A DNA stretch of 64,000 nt. It comes from Takakia lepidozioides (Eukaryota; Plantae; Bryophyta). The stretch spans positions 3,534,001 to 3,598,000 of the forward strand of contig CM060732.1 of NCBI GenBank assembly GCA_030704615.1, given 5' to 3'. Made by a program: the position numbers and the translations under genes. A model generated the notes under the pieces. It saw only the letters and a program-made list of their open reading frames with translations. It made no database searches and was not told where the DNA came from. Numbering within the stretch: position 1 is the stretch's first letter; the number at the start of each line of letters is the position of its first letter. Below are positions 37,501 to 51,550 of this stretch, piece by piece.

Positions 37501-40500
37501 GAGCAGGTTGCAGAGATGCAGCTGGAAGGCCTAAGTTGTTTAAAAGGTATATGTTGTGGTGTAGTGACAGCAACACCAATTGAAGGTGAAATAAGCAGTT
37601 ACCCACCACATTTTTATGAAGAAAGAGAAGGAGAAATGGAAATCCTAGAGGAACCAGCCACTGTGAGTTTACAGGATGAAGTGGTGACTGGTTGGACAAT
37701 CACAGCTGATGAGCAGGTGAGAGAAGTGAATGTGGGAACTGAAGATGAACCGAGGATGGTGAAGGTAGGGGCTGATTTGGAGCCAGAATTCTTTGAGGAA
37801 GCTAAGAGTTTGTTCATCAAATACATAGATGTATTTGCTTGGAGCTACGAGGATCTAAAAGGGATACCACCTGAGATCTGTCAGCATAAGATTGAACTGG
37901 AACCAGGGTCAGTACCAATTAAACAGGCAAGGTACAGAATGAATCCCAACTATGCACAGAAGGTTGGAGAAGAGATCAAGAAGTTGGCTGAGGATAAGTT
38001 TATATACCCGATAGAGTATACAACTTGGTTGTCACCCATTGTGATAGTTCCCAAGAAGAATGGTAAACTGAGAGTTTGTGTGAACTATAAGAAGTTGGAA
38101 TGCTTGCACGAAGAAAGATCATTTCCCTTTGCCATTCACAGAAGCGGTATTGGACACTGTGGCAGGCCATGAGATGTACTCATTCATGGATGGCTTCAGT
38201 GGCTATAATCAAGTGCAAGTGGCAGAAGAAGACCAGGGAAAGACGGCTTTCATCACAGACTGGGGTGCTTATGCATACAAAGTCATGCCTTTTGGACTTT
38301 GTAATGCACCAGCAACCTTTCAAAGAGTGATAAGTGAATCTTTTCATGAGTATCTGGATGATTTCATGCAGGTGTTCTTGGATGATTTCAGTGTGTACAG
38401 CTCTAAGAATGAGCACTTGCATAATTGGAGTTATGTTTGGCCAGATGCAGAATGAGAGGTCTGGGCCTGAATCCAGATAAGTGTACTTTCTGTGTGAACT
38501 CAGGGGTGCTTCTGGGGCACATTGTGTGTAAGAGGGGACTTCTTGTGGATCCCAAGAAGACAGAGGCCATTAAAGCCTCACCACCACCAGTAAATGTTAA
38601 GAGTCTAAGGAGATTCCTTGGACAAACCAGTTATTACAGAAGATTTGTCAAAAGGTATGCACAGATAGCAGCACCATTGAGCAAGCTTCTGAAGAAAGAT
38701 GCAGTGTTTGCATGGACAGCTGAATGTCAACAGACTTTTGAGGAACTTACATTGTCAGTAACAACTACACCTGTGCTGATTAACCCTCACTAGCATGTAG
38801 TATTCCATGTTCACTGTGATGCCTCAGGAGAAGCGTTGGGAGCGGTGCTAGCCCAAAATGTTACAGGAAATATAGATTCACCTGTGTACTATGCTAGCAG
38901 GTTGATGAACAGTGCTGAAAGGAACTATAGCACAACTGAAAGAGAAGCACTCGCAATGATTTATGCAGTCAAGAAATTCAGACATTACCTATTGGGAAGA
39001 AAGTTTATGTTTTATGTGGATCACCAGGCTCTGATATATCTGGTGAACAAACCTTTGATAAATGGAAGGATAGCGAGGTGGTTAATAATCTTGCACGAGT
39101 TTGAGTTCGAAGTTGTTTACAAGCCTGGCCGTTTGCATCTTGTGGCAGATCATTTGTCACGCCTAACAACAGGAGAGGCCGCCACAGGAGTAGACGACCA
39201 ATTACCTGATGCGAGTTGATTTGCAATGGAGGTGCAAGGAAGTGTAGATGAATGGTTAGATTGGCAGTGGCCAATCAGATACTACCTTACTCATGGTCAG
39301 TGCCCACCTAGTTATGGTAAGGAGCAGAGGAAGAGAATCGCTATTAAGGCTTTACCTTATACTATGGTAGGGGGCAGAATGTATAAGCTAGGACCTGATG
39401 GAGTACTTAAACGATGCTTGTACCACCATGAAGTAAATAAAGTTTTGGAAGAAGTTCATAAAGGAGTGGCTGGAGGTCATTTTGGAGAAGAGACTACCAG
39501 TAGGAAGATACTACTTGTAGATTACTGGTGGCCTACTTTGTTCAAAGATGTACACAAGTATTGTCAGAGTTGTGATGAATGTCAAAAGCTAGGACCTTTG
39601 CAGAGATCTGGGAAGATGGCTTTGCATCCTACAATGCCTACTGAACCATTTCAGAAATGGGGACTAGACTTTGTTGGACCAATTAACCCACCGCCCAAGA
39701 ATACACAGAACAAGTACATAATTACAGCCAATGATTATACTATGAAGTGGGTGGAAGCTAAAGCTTTGAGGGACAACACAGCCAAGTCCACAGCAAGGTT
39801 CCTGTATGAGAACATACTTACACGATTTGGCTGTCCCTTGGAATTTATCAGTGATCAGGGAAGTCACTTCATTAATGAGACCATTGATCTATTGACTAAA
39901 GAGTTCATGATTGTGCATAGGAAGAGTACAACGTATTACCCACAAGGTAATGGGCAGGCAGAGGCTACCAACAAAATACTATGTACTATCTTGGCTAAGA
40001 TAGTCAATGCAAACAGAACGGATTGGGATACAAAGCTGCTGACAGCTTTGTGGTCATACAAGACTTCATATAAAGTCACCACTAAGTATACACCATTCCA
40101 ATTAGTTTATGGTATGGAAGCTTTACTTCCAATGGAATTCTTGTTACCTACCATGAGAACGGAATGGGGAAAGAGAATGGAATTGCAAGATTCAATTAAG
40201 GTCAGAAAACATGAATTATACCATGTGGAAGAAGTACGTGCTGATGCAGCTGATAACATGACCAGAATTCAGATGAAGAGGAAGGAACAGTTTGATGAAG
40301 GCAAAATAAAAACTTTTAAGACGGGAGATTTGGTTCTCTGGTTGCAGAAGAAGGGGAAGATTAAAGCTTCTAAGCTTAAATCACCATGGAAAGGACCTTA
40401 TGTCATACAGAAGATGTATGATAACAACACAACCATGTTACAAACCATTAACAAGGAGATGCTGGGAAGAGTCAATGCCAATAAGTTGAAGGGGTACAGT

Positions 40501-41748
40501 GGAATCCATGACAAACCATTGCAGCATGATTTGCATGTTGAAACGCAGAAGCAGTCACGGGCTGCGCCAGTGATACCATCGGAGTATGGAGCACTTGTCG
40601 CTAAGCCGAGTGTATATGACCAGGGTGGGCAATACAAGTGTGGCACAGCCTATCACAGCCCATCACAATGTGGCACAGCCTATCACAGCCCATCACGGTG
40701 TTACACAGCCTATCACAGCCCATCACAGTGTCACACAGCCTATCACAGCCCATCACAGCGTGACACAGCCTATCACAACCTACCACAGCGTGTCACAGCC
40801 TATCACAGCTTACCACAGTGCAACACAGCCTATCACAACGTACCACAGTATGACACAGCCTGTCACAGCTCAACACAGCCTACTAGGGATACACAGTCCA
40901 TAGGATCAGTGACAGGTGGACGTGGGTTAACATCCGGAGAGTGGCCGGCGGAAAAGTGGACGGAGGCAGGTTTAAAAATGGACACGTGGACGCCAGGGCG
41001 AGACACACGGCCGGGCATGAATGGCAACCACGGGTGTCATCAAGAAAGAAGACAAAATTGGCCGTCAAAGTACCTACCCGGTACAGCAACTAATTGTGGG
41101 CCCATTAATGCATTCAGTGCCAGGGTAACGGAACCCTTTTCGAGTTCAGAAAAGGGAAACCAATGCCACATGTGCTATCCTAGTGGACAGTCCAGGGGGG
41201 AAAATCCACGGAAGGGAATTAAATTACAAAACCAATCACAGAGTCAACAGCCAATCATGAGCCAGAATTACCTGCACAGGGTATTTTCCAAGAAGCAAAA
41301 TCAAGAATTTAGAGGGATTCTGAACGCAAGAGTTGGCGTCGTTCCAAGTAATGGGCGTCTCGACGGGAGAGACAATCAAAGCTATAGCTTTGACGCTATG
41401 GCAAAAATAACAGACTACACACTCGCATTACTACTTACGCAGTGGCACAAGGACGGACGAGCGGAGAGTACATTTTCTCTAAATCGATACTTGCAAGCCC
41501 CACAGGCTTACAAGCACTTACCCATTTCATTCTCCGCCAACCATACTTTTATGCTTTGTGCCCTGCAGGCGTTTCTTCAGTTGTTGCAACCAAAACCTTT
41601 TTGTTTGTCTAGAATGAAGAGAGTGAGAGGAATGAAGGATATCAGGGTGAAGAGCACCACAATCTTACAGAAGCCAACGATTGCTGCACCACAGGCGGTG
41701 CAGCTACTAAAGGAGCTGCGATTGGAAGGATTGCTATGCAAGGACTAG
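34501..41748 (+). pseudogene. gag-pol: Gag-Pol of element 2, with nonsense and frameshift lesions; the integrase ORF 39226-41748 reads through into the 3' ORF
   Basis: Same domains as element 1; stops such as TAG at 38791 (Trp in element 1) and TGA at 39217. Confidence 0.93.
40643..40880. repeat. 30-bp tandem array (CACAGCCTATCACAGCCCATCACAGTGTGA-like) in element 2
   Basis: About 8 units, translated as TAYHSPSQC repeats in the integrase frame. Confidence 0.92.
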
Positions 41749-43710
41749 TCCTTGCATCATCGGCAGTTCATGATACAATTTCTTCATAACTTTGAGCCTC
41801 GGACATGACTTACCAGGTGAGGGGAGTAGATATAGAAATTACTCCCCAGTACCTGTAATTGTTTGATTTGCCATCAGGACATGTGGATGTGGATGAGCAC
41901 AGGGCAAGATTGCAGATAGGGAATTTGTTCCAAGAAGGGAGTTTCTTTAAAACTCAAGGTTTTGCTTGTACCAAAGCCGAGTACCCAAGGCTTAGAGAAG
42001 TTGGCCAAATCTTGAACGTTCTGTTTGCCATGAAACAGAACCAACAATATTTGAGCAGGTCATTCACAGAGGAGATCCTGAAAGCTTTAAGGGGGGAGGA
42101 TGTCGCTTGGGCGGAGTTAATGTACAACGGATTGGTAGACGAGATGAAGAGGTTACAAGGCACTGCTGCTAAGTCTCCGATCATTGTGTCCGGTCCAATC
42201 ATTGCTCAAATAATTCTTGATTCTTGCATACTTGATACTCGGGAAAGAAAGGAGATGGGAGTGTTTGAGGCAAAAACCACTGCAATTGAAGAGCAAGGCT
42301 CTTCACACAGTGAGGGTGGACTGGCAGCGCAACACCAGTCTAAGAGACAGAGGCGGGGTAAGACTGTAGTGGCGGATCCACTGGCTTCACGGAAACCGCA
42401 TGATAATGTTTCCCAAGCTCTTGTGCAGGAAGGGGCACAGCAGCACAGAGAGCTGCTACTATTGGAAGCAGGGCCTTCAGAGAGGGAAGAGGAAGTCACT
42501 TTGATACCACAGCCACCACAACCAATTGACTCTGCTGTTTTGGAGGTTCCACAACTAGTATATGTTGTGGCATCACCACCAATTGCTCGGGAAGGAGAAA
42601 GGTTGGACATTCCCACTACAGAGCAGGTCGTGGCCGAAATTGAGAAGGGTGACCTTCTCTATGAAAACTCTGGCTTGGTAAGGGAATCAGTGATTCCAGA
42701 GGTGCAGAGGTTGTCCAGGGAAAACCCTGCTATGCATGTAATACCCACACCTGTGACGGAGGTACCAGGGCTAGAATATCAAGACACTGTAGCACATGTG
42801 GCGGATGAGGTGGTGCAGGAAGAAAATCTGGTGGGGCAATGGCCTGAATGGTTCGTGAGGCATCACACTGTTGAGGATCAGGGAGAACAGTAGCAAGCTC
42901 ACCATGATGACCCTCAGCAGGCCATGCTTATGAGTTCCATAAGCAAGACACTTAATTTGTTGGGCACTTATGTGAAATCCCATGTTCCATCTACCCAATT
43001 GGCAGCTTTAAGGGAGGAACTCAGGAAGGAGTTTGAGGCTCGACTTGCCACTGAGTGTGCAAACAAGGTCGATGAGGAGGCCACTCTCAAGTTACAGCAA
43101 GAGTTAGAGGATACAAAAGCTGCTTTGCAGTTGGCCAATGAACATTTCATTGAAGCAGGCCTCGCGCAGGACCAGTTGCACGAAGCACATAAGCAACAGT
43201 TATACCAAATGCAGGTGAAGCATGAGAGCAAGTTGCAAGAAGTGAATGCACTACATACGGAGTTGCACACAGTACATGAGAGGATGGCCATACAATGTGC
43301 TACACTCACAACTACTCTTCAGTAAACTACATTAGAAATTAACAGACAATGGGAGCTATTAATGAAGGCAGAGGCAGAGAATGTCGAGCAGACGAAACTC
43401 ATTATTGATATGAAGAATACAATCTTTCGCAATGAGAATACTTTCAAGCAATACAGACAGGTTGAAGCTGACCAAGAAAGGTACATCCTGGAATTGCAAC
43501 AAACAGTCATGGTGAATAGAAATGAACTCTCTGTGGCTAACAAGGCTTGGAAGGAAGCCAATAATCTGGCTGCTGCCTATGCGAGTTTGGTTGAACCTCA
43601 TGCGAAGCGCATGGAGACTTTACAGCAGCAATTAGATGTGTACAGGCTCACAGAGGAGCAGACTCTTAGGGGTGCCACACACAACTTGGTGGATAACCAC
43701 CTTATGCAGG
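41614..43710 (+). pseudogene. Extra 3' ORF of element 2, truncated by an insertion
   Basis: MKRVRGMKDIRVKSTTILQK...; homologous to 7536-5440 of element 1; several stops. Confidence 0.75.
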
Positions 43711-44406
43711 CAGGGATGCCTCGGCGTGAGCCTGGTCACGTGAGCGCGTGAGCACGTGAGCGCAACTGCACTCACGCCACGTCACCTTGCGCAAATGCCA
43801 CGTCACTGGGCTCACTCCACGTCATCACACGTGAAGGCCGCGTCACCACGCGCCCAGAAAGAAGTGGAGTGTATTCCCGCGGATTGGCACCCTTTACCGC
43901 GGACAAGCTGGACGACATAATAAAAGACATTGAATAAAGGATGGATAAATGTACAGTTGGATGATAAAAAGATGGATGAGTGTGAAAAATGAATGTAGAT
44001 GGATGAATGAGGGATGGATAAGAGTAAAATGGATGAATGTATAATGGATGTTGAGCAATGACAAAAATTCATGACAGGAAGATGCATGACCAAAACTTTT
44101 GACGAATGCACAACGTATATGAAATGAGTGTGGAAGGTTTGTGGGGTGGATTAAAGAGTACAGAGGATGAATGTACAATGGATGTTGAACAAAGGAAAAA
44201 ATTCATGAATGGAGCACGCATGAATACACTGTAGATGAATGCACAATGGATATGAGAAGAGTCAGGGAGGTTTGTGAGATGGATTCATACATATTGCAAT
44301 TTAAAGGAAAGTTGATTCTGTGATTATTATTTGTTCTAAAGGAACAACTACGGTGGAGGAAGGGGATTCAACGTTTTCCAGATAGTATGAAAATGAAGAA
44401 TATAGT

Positions 44407-46605
44407 TCAATCTGACTCAGAGTCAGTACAATGTATCCCCGCTTCCTCTGCATCTAAGTCTAAGTATTTTAGAACACCGGATCCACGCTGGATACACCTA
44501 CGGCTGGCCACTAAAAAGTCAGGGGATAGGGACTCGGCCGCGTGAAGTGCCATTGCCTCGGCATAAACAGGAAGAAGAAAATTGGAAAAGGGGCTGTCGA
44601 AAACAGACTCGCCAGAAATGACTGTATCTCCTGAAGATCCACCGCTGCCTTTCCTGAAAGACAGCCTGAAAAAGTTATTACTGTAACTTTGATGTTATCG
44701 AGAAATTGAGTATGACTCCCAAAGAGGGTTTAGCACTTACTCACATGAAAAGTCGTTGTCGACCTGCTTATCTTCGGGATCGTCATCATTTCGAATTTGA
44801 ATCCGATCAGTCTGTGTGCCTGAAGTGGAGCCAGACAAAAGGGGGAGGAGCACTGTGTTGTAGAGGTCAGAATCACCCTCCATGCCAAAAAGGCTTCTTC
44901 CGCCTGCCTTGCATGCGTGTTAAGTTGCTCCTGCACCAGACAGGAGAACATGAACAGTTTGGAGGGGGGGATTTAAGCAGATGAAACTGTTGAAAGGAAA
45001 CCAATTCGGAAGGGAAAAAACAAACCTGTGGACACAGAAAGATCGACCACCCGTGCAGAGCGGTGGCTGCATGACTCCAGCAGTATTTGCATGAACGCTG
45101 GTGACTTTTCCTTTGCACCTCTCCAGGGAGTGCCATCTGGTCTCTTCAGAGTCTGACTGGACTGCATGAAGTTGTACAAAATGTCATCGACATGGGGCTC
45201 ATAGGGGGGGTTGACGAAACAACCCTGGTCAGAAATCTCAAAGCTGCGAATGGAGGATGGTGTCTTTGAGGTGCGAATCCTCCGCAGGCAGATCGCCTCG
45301 AACATCCTCGTCTGGCAAAGATAGCAGGTTAGTGTGGTAAACACAATCTATAGTGGAAGTGTGTACATCGGCTATTCAGAACTATGACACAAAAAAATCA
45401 TGAATCGGTGATGATCGTTGTCGATCATAACACATTCTACTAGAGTGGAGCTGCAGAGAAAATTGAAACTCATGATCAAAGCACAAGCAGAAGGGAGACG
45501 GCATACCAGCTGACCAGGGAAACCCCCTTTCACAAGGTAGAGGTTGTTCACACAATTCCATGTGCGCAAAACTTCAAACCCTGAAGACTTGAGGTATGAT
45601 GCCAATGCCCGACGACTATCATTGTCACATGACTGAAAAAGCAGAAGTGTCCCTGCATCAGAGAGGAAGTTGTTGCAAAACCCGAACACCCAACTCCAGT
45701 AGTTGTCCTCGAATTTGTTCCAGCCGTCTTGCCCTTTGGAAGAACTTCTGGCACAGCCTGGCCATCCGGGATGTCGAGAATGACAATGTCGGCCGCATAA
45801 GTTTTCTGCACACCGCACACGAAGGTGGGACCTGTGCTCACCTGCAACAGACATGTTTTTTATAAGAACGATGGCAAGATTGTTTTCAAAGAACGAGACT
45901 GAAATACTGCCAATGAAACTTTCAAAGAAAAGGAAAGAAACTGGAATTCTCACCAGATTGAGGAATGAGATTATATTGTCCCAGGTAGGGGATGGCACCC
46001 CAGTGTATCCTCTCTTTCGACTCTGCATCATCGAAAGCCAACCCTCATTAACAATTTTCATCTCTCCTGCGGAATCAGAACGGGAAGGGTGTGGCTTGGC
46101 ATCGAACACGCACTGAAGAGTGCGGGTATATCTTCCAGCAGTAAAGTCCTGCCCACTCTCCATCTCCTTTTCATTCTCCTTCCCCTTGTCCTTTTCCTTC
46201 TCTTTGGACTTGTCTTTGTCCTTTGGCTTTGCTGGTGAGATGGCTATGACATCAACAGCCTTGTCTTTTGGTTTGCGGCCCGCCTTCTTTCCCTTCTGCG
46301 GCGTTCCCTGAGCATCTGGCTCCTTGGCAGCCAACGTTGCTATGTTTCGTTGATACTCTTCGTCAGTCAAAGGCGCCAGCATCTCAGCGTTATTGTTCAA
46401 GTATTTCATATGCTGTTCTTGAAAGGTCGTGTGCTCAGGTGGGCAGTCAAGGTACCAGCCACAGTCTCTGAAGTGAGAAGGACTCCAGTCCTTCAATATC
46501 CCTGCAATATACATGGTTGGATCGTTTGCAGGGTCCGACCACATGTCAAGATAGTCGGGAATTCCACTCAGGTGATTTCCTTCCATAAGCACATATTTCG
46601 TGTAC
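44407..46605 (-). pseudogene. Exons 6-10 of the ParB-MTase gene, copy A (beta-class N4/N6 methyltransferase-like domain)
   Basis: ADIVILDIPDG...EKSPAFMQILLESCS...VVDLSVSTG|...GRSLFGMEGDSDLY; 4-nt deletion in exon 7 relative to copy B. Confidence 0.8.
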
Positions 46606-46746
46606 CTGAAAAAAGGAGATAAATCCCAACCCACAAAAGCGCTCAGTGAGTAAGATGCAAGTAGAACAAAATGAAAAAAACATAGATTGAAATGGCTCTG
46701 AGAACTGCTCCAAGGACCTTTCAGGACCACACTACTGCTCCAGATA

Positions 46747-47388
46747 TGAATGTCGTCAACGCCATTCAGAACATTCCATTCAATGATACTGTAAATACAC
46801 CCCAATCCAGGTGAATGCAAATTATCGTTTAGGAATGACACAGACATACAAGTGAATGTCGTCAACGACATTCACTAATGAAGCCAAATTTATACTTAAA
46901 TGAAGCAAAATCACAGGATGGAAATCAAAAAATCGAGTAAGGAACCCTCCAGGAAAACTCAATGCACATTCATAACGAACATATCACTGAGGACCTCACA
47001 ACATCACTGTATGTGAATGGCGTAATACAGACACAGCAGTGAATGTCGTCAACGACATTCACTTTGGATTTCTCATAACAGAGCTTACCAAGCCTCCAGA
47101 TTCCTCGCAAGAGGCAAAAACAATGCAGAACAACTGAATGTCTGCATTGACATTCAGCAAAATGAAGTGAGGAACCCTCACTGTAACCTCTATGGACATT
47201 ACAAAAATTTACATAACTCTGAGGACCTCTCAACAACTCCGTAGGTGAATGTCGTCAACGCCATTCAAGGACATTATCAATTCTAATCAGGGACAATATA
47301 ATTGCACCCTTAGATCCTAACCAGGTGAATTCATATACTCGCTTAAGAATGACTCAGACAAAGAAGTGAATGTCGTCAACTACATACA
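46747..47388. promoter_or_regulatory. Intronic palindrome array, copy A
   Basis: Motifs at 46747, 46851 (perfect AGTGAATGTCGT-CA-ACGACATTCACT), a half-site at ~47014, 47038 (perfect), 47245 and 47365. The repeat is certain; the regulatory role is inferred. Confidence 0.7.
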
Positions 47389-47474
47389 ATCTGGATCTAA
47401 GATTGCAATCCATATGAAGCCACATTTTTTCCCCAAAAAAACAGTAGAGTTTCAAGTATGACATTGCACCTGTA

Positions 47475-48491
47475 TTCATGGGTTTTGACACTAGTAGCAA
47501 GGGCTATATATGCTTTTGCCCGGAGTTCAACAAGATAGACATCTCCAAAGATGTTATTTTTTTATGAGGATCATACACACTATGTCCCAGCTGCTAACAA
47601 ACAACCACTTGAAGATCATAGCATTCATTTCTCGTGGCCAGTCGATAGCCAGCCGGATGGACCACAACGGGAGATCCCGCAACAAGAGCCTCCTGATCTT
47701 TTGGAGCCTTTGCCAGCCCAAGAACCACCTAAAGGTAATTGCTAACAACTTGTTTGAAGGAGCACATGGCCCAAAATTCAGATACTCTTCATGAAATCCT
47801 TGCATTATATCACATCATCTATGCGTCAGTCAAGTGCAGACTTGGACTCGGGAAGTTCTACCTCGACCTCAAGTACGCAAATTTGGCAACTAGAGGTAGT
47901 TCTACCACAGCAAGGTGTACATTAACGCACTAGCCGAGCCATTCACCCACCAAGATGATTCGACGATTTCGTGGTGGGTCTGTCTGAAGCTGTCCTAAAT
48001 TCACAAGAACAAGACATGGACCCTAGTTGTTCAAGATTTGTCCCCCGGTAGACATTGACCGGCCATTACTAACAAATGTCAGAGCTATAAAGTCAAAACA
48101 CACGCTGATGGAATAACTGCCAAATTGAAGGCGCGTTTGGTGGCTTGTGGTTTCCAACAACGAGCAGGGGAGAATTTTGATGAGACCTTCCGCGATGGTG
48201 GCCAAATACAACACCTTGCGAGCTATAACAGCACAAAAATGTCGTAATGGTTGGCCTATATTTCACTTAGATGCCAAATTAATTGCCTTCTTGATTAATG
48301 GTGAATTGGTAGAGAAAGTATTTTCCAGTGCTCAGCCTGAAGGCTTCGAGGCTAACGGCAAAGAGAGCAAGGTTTGTAAGTTACTTAAAGCCTTGCATGG
48401 ACATCGTCAGGCACCGCGTGCCTGGTACACCATTGAAATAGACAATTATCTTCAAGAACAAGGATTAAAACGCACCAACTCAGATGGGTGA
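47475..48491 (+). pseudogene. Degraded Ty1/Copia pol fragment (post-integrase region to RT)
   Basis: FMGFDTSSKGY...; GWPIFHLDAK..AFL.NGELVEKVF...QPEGF...VCKLLKALHGHRQAPRAWY. Confidence 0.9.
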
Positions 48492-50241
48492 ATGAACCCT
48501 GTTTGAAAAGCTTTGAGACGAACTCGGTTTGGTAAGAACAATTGATTTTTTAGCAGAGCTTGTTTCTTGGTGGCTGTTTAGGTCTGATCTAAAATGAGAA
48601 AAATTGTCTAGTATAAACGCAGAGGAATGTTTCCCAGATGGCTAAACACTCTACTGATCTTTGAACGCCGAGCACCTCTAGCTATTTCAGATATCACCAT
48701 CGTTGACATTAGACTCAGTTTGAAGTCGCGGCAGTGCTTGACAAGCTTCTAAAGTTCGAGGGGGAGGTGTTGGAGATCCTTGCTGTGATCAGTATGGTCA
48801 AGTAGGATAAACTCAAGATTAGACGTTACTACCAGGTTAAGTATTTACGAAGCATCAACGTACCTTAACAGTTACATAGGAAAGCCACTGACATGCTTAG
48901 TGATGAGCAATTAGTCTTAGCGATCAATGATGACCACTAGTGACCATGCTTAGTTGTTGCCTCACTCTCTGTAGGCTTAATCATCCAAAGGAGTTGGACT
49001 TGAACACCTCAGAGCTGTTTAGGACTTTAGTATATAGTGAGCTCTTAGAAAATTGGAAGACAAACTTTTTGACAGTAGGCTTTCCTTACTTGATCCACAT
49101 ACATTAGACATGATCTTTCTTAATCTTAGTTTTTGTTGTGACCACAGTTTGGACCTATATAAAACTATGAATGACTCCATCACGAGCTTCTCAAGTAATT
49201 AAATATGTCTACTAGTCAAAATGCTTGAATCGCTTCCACTACAACTCAAGTTCAAAATGTCAAGCCGGAGAGGTTATTTCAGCCAATACTAAGTACTAGT
49301 TATCTAAACTAGCCCAATAGGTTTTAATCCCATATTGAGCTCCAAGAATTGAAGAGTGATCTTAACAATAGTATGCATGGGTGGGTGGAGAATGGGTTGT
49401 AGATGTATGTTACCCCTCGTATGTCCCTTTGAGAAAATTCAACATAGATCTCAAAGATGTAATCTAGAAAATATTTCCATGTCTGCAATACCCTCAATTG
49501 CAAGGCTCCAGCTATCCTACACATTGCCATTGTCATGTGACTGAATTACTACCCAGCAATCATGTAGATTATGCACTGAGCTCAATGTTATTACTTGATC
49601 AAAATATAGAATCACGAGCTTTCTATTCTACAGACTCTGGCCAATACTCAAAACGTATATTCCCGTGTTGCATGTGTCGTTCTAGCTGCTTGAATGGTCT
49701 ACAATACTCTATGTAACTAGAACAATGACTCGACAGTTCTGTGAGCATTCTCGAGTCAGATGAGATCAATTGGTGGACTCTAGGTATTCTTTTTAGGTGA
49801 ATGTAGTTGTTTTTGTTTATGAAATTTTAAGAATGCATGTATATAATGACAGGCTAGGCATTGCATATTACCCTTCCAACTGGTGAGACCCGGATATCGA
49901 GGCCGCCACAACTTTGTAGTGCTATCCTTTGGAATATTGCACACTTGGACATCTTCAATCTTGAGACCCAACGCACGTCCAAATCCTTTGTGCTCTCTCT
50001 CTGCATCTACAGAGGGGAGGGAATGTTCTTTTTTGCATTATAACACATACTTCTACTCTCAGGATCGATGCACAAGGCGACATCTGCAAAGACACGCTGA
50101 CATAACCCTTCAATTAACATAAACCAATACAAAGCTTGTGTCATTCAGCTATCCTCCATCTGTGGTGGTCCGATTTGTTACCAGTATTGGCAAGATGCCA
50201 TTTCTAGAGATGTTGTCATGTGAAGGTGACAAGGAAATAAC

Positions 50242-51550
50242 CAGTGTAGTGCGGGTATATAATTTCAAACATACGTCCCTCCTGGTCTCTGTAATAGGTC
50301 ATGGTACAAACATATACTCTTCGGGTCAGGGTAATTTACCAATTTTTACATAGATGCACCCTCATGATAGTGTAAATATTCCTTATTTTAACTCGTAAGG
50401 GTATATTCAAGTATATTTTATCATTGGGTTTTTGTATGACAAGTAGGTTTAAATCAGTGTTGGACCGGTATCATAAACATTTCATACCAGCCAGGGTCTG
50501 GTGTCGTCGGTGAAGAGGCCTCCATCATACCTGGCAAATAATGGTATCAAAGTAGATATCAAATCTTTAATGTACCAATCTGATATGTATATTGTTTTTC
50601 CTTGGCCTGGTATGGTATGGTATCAGTATTGCAATTTTCAAAACTTATACTGGGGGTATATCAAGACTGGTATCAATACAGCTCCATGGTAGAAATTCTC
50701 CATGACAAGTATAAAATTGGACAGATTTTTGAATGGCAAAATTAGAGCACTCTACTCTTCTTTTTCAAACAAGCCAACCTCCCCCAACTCATCTTCACAC
50801 TCCTCTAGCGGCTCAGTTTTTGCAGAATAGTACTATTCAGAAACTGATTGCTTAGCCAGTGGGCAACCCATACTCTCCATTGCTGCGCCCTAAATCCCTA
50901 ACGCTCCACAGATTGATACCTAGGGTGCAAGCGACAGCGGAGGACAGAGTATTGGTATTGACAAAGTTGTGTTCTTTGCAATTCCAGGCTGGTCTGGTAG
51001 GAGCCCAGATATTAGCATTTCGCTATCCTGACCCCATTATGTTTGGGGTACTCCCCGTTGCTTACACCCGCCTGGTCTGATATCCTGCTGCGATATCCAC
51101 CCGTACTGATTATACCCCGCCTCGCCCCCATATACCGGTCCAACACTGGTTTAAATCCTCTGTAGGTATAAATAAAATTATACACCATATATAATACCCT
51201 TGGGTAAATGACACACTTAAGGGATATACAGCAGATTTTGGCCCTAATCCACAAACATGGTTATATGTAGTCATAATTTTCAAATTACCACGCACCCATG
51301 CATGTGGGATAAATATATCCTTGCTTACAATATACCCTCATGTTAGTTTATACCCGCCATAGGGTGGGTAATCTATGAAACTACATCATCCGGTTATATA
51401 CTAAATAAGGGTATGTGTCTTTTCATATAGTACCCTTAAGGGTAGGATAATATCTAGGTATCCTTATATGTGTGGCCGGGTCCAAATCCATTTACTGCAA
51501 TATTATACCCGGCAGGTATATCAGGTAAATTATATATCCGCACAACACTG
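50242..51550. mobile_element. Non-autonomous hAT element (outer MITE)
   Basis: 24-bp TIRs CAGTGTAGTGCGGGTATATAATTT and (reverse complement) CAGTGTTGTGCGGATATATAATTT; 8-bp TSD GAAATAAC at 50234-50241 and 51551-51558; ATACCC/GGGTA subterminal motifs. Confidence 0.92.
50455..51148. mobile_element. Non-autonomous hAT element (inner MITE, nested)
   Basis: Perfect 17-bp TIR CAGTGTTGGACCGGTAT; 8-bp TSD GTTTAAAT at 50447-50454 and 51149-51156. Confidence 0.95.

Larger units (their letters stand above)
32994..43710 (+). mobile_element. Ty3/Gypsy element 2, sister of element 1, 3'-truncated (no PPT or 3' LTR in the window)
   Basis: 5' LTR TGTTAGAGG...CTCGACA, same PBS, colinear ORF0/gag/pol/3' ORF; homology to element 1 stops at CTTATGCAGG (43710). 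Confidence 0.95.
43711..47474. mobile_element. Copy A of a TIR DNA-transposon-like element carrying the 3' half of the ParB-MTase gene; truncated at a Copia fragment
   Basis: Starts CAGGGATGCCTCGGCGTGAGCC exactly where Gypsy homology ends; CGTGAGC / CACGTCA subterminal motifs; colinear with 57611-61448. Confidence 0.85.

Noticed and set aside
45372-46871. 499-aa ORF as a stand-alone gene
   Set aside because: It reads through intronic sequence and a frameshift; only parts are real exons of the spliced gene.
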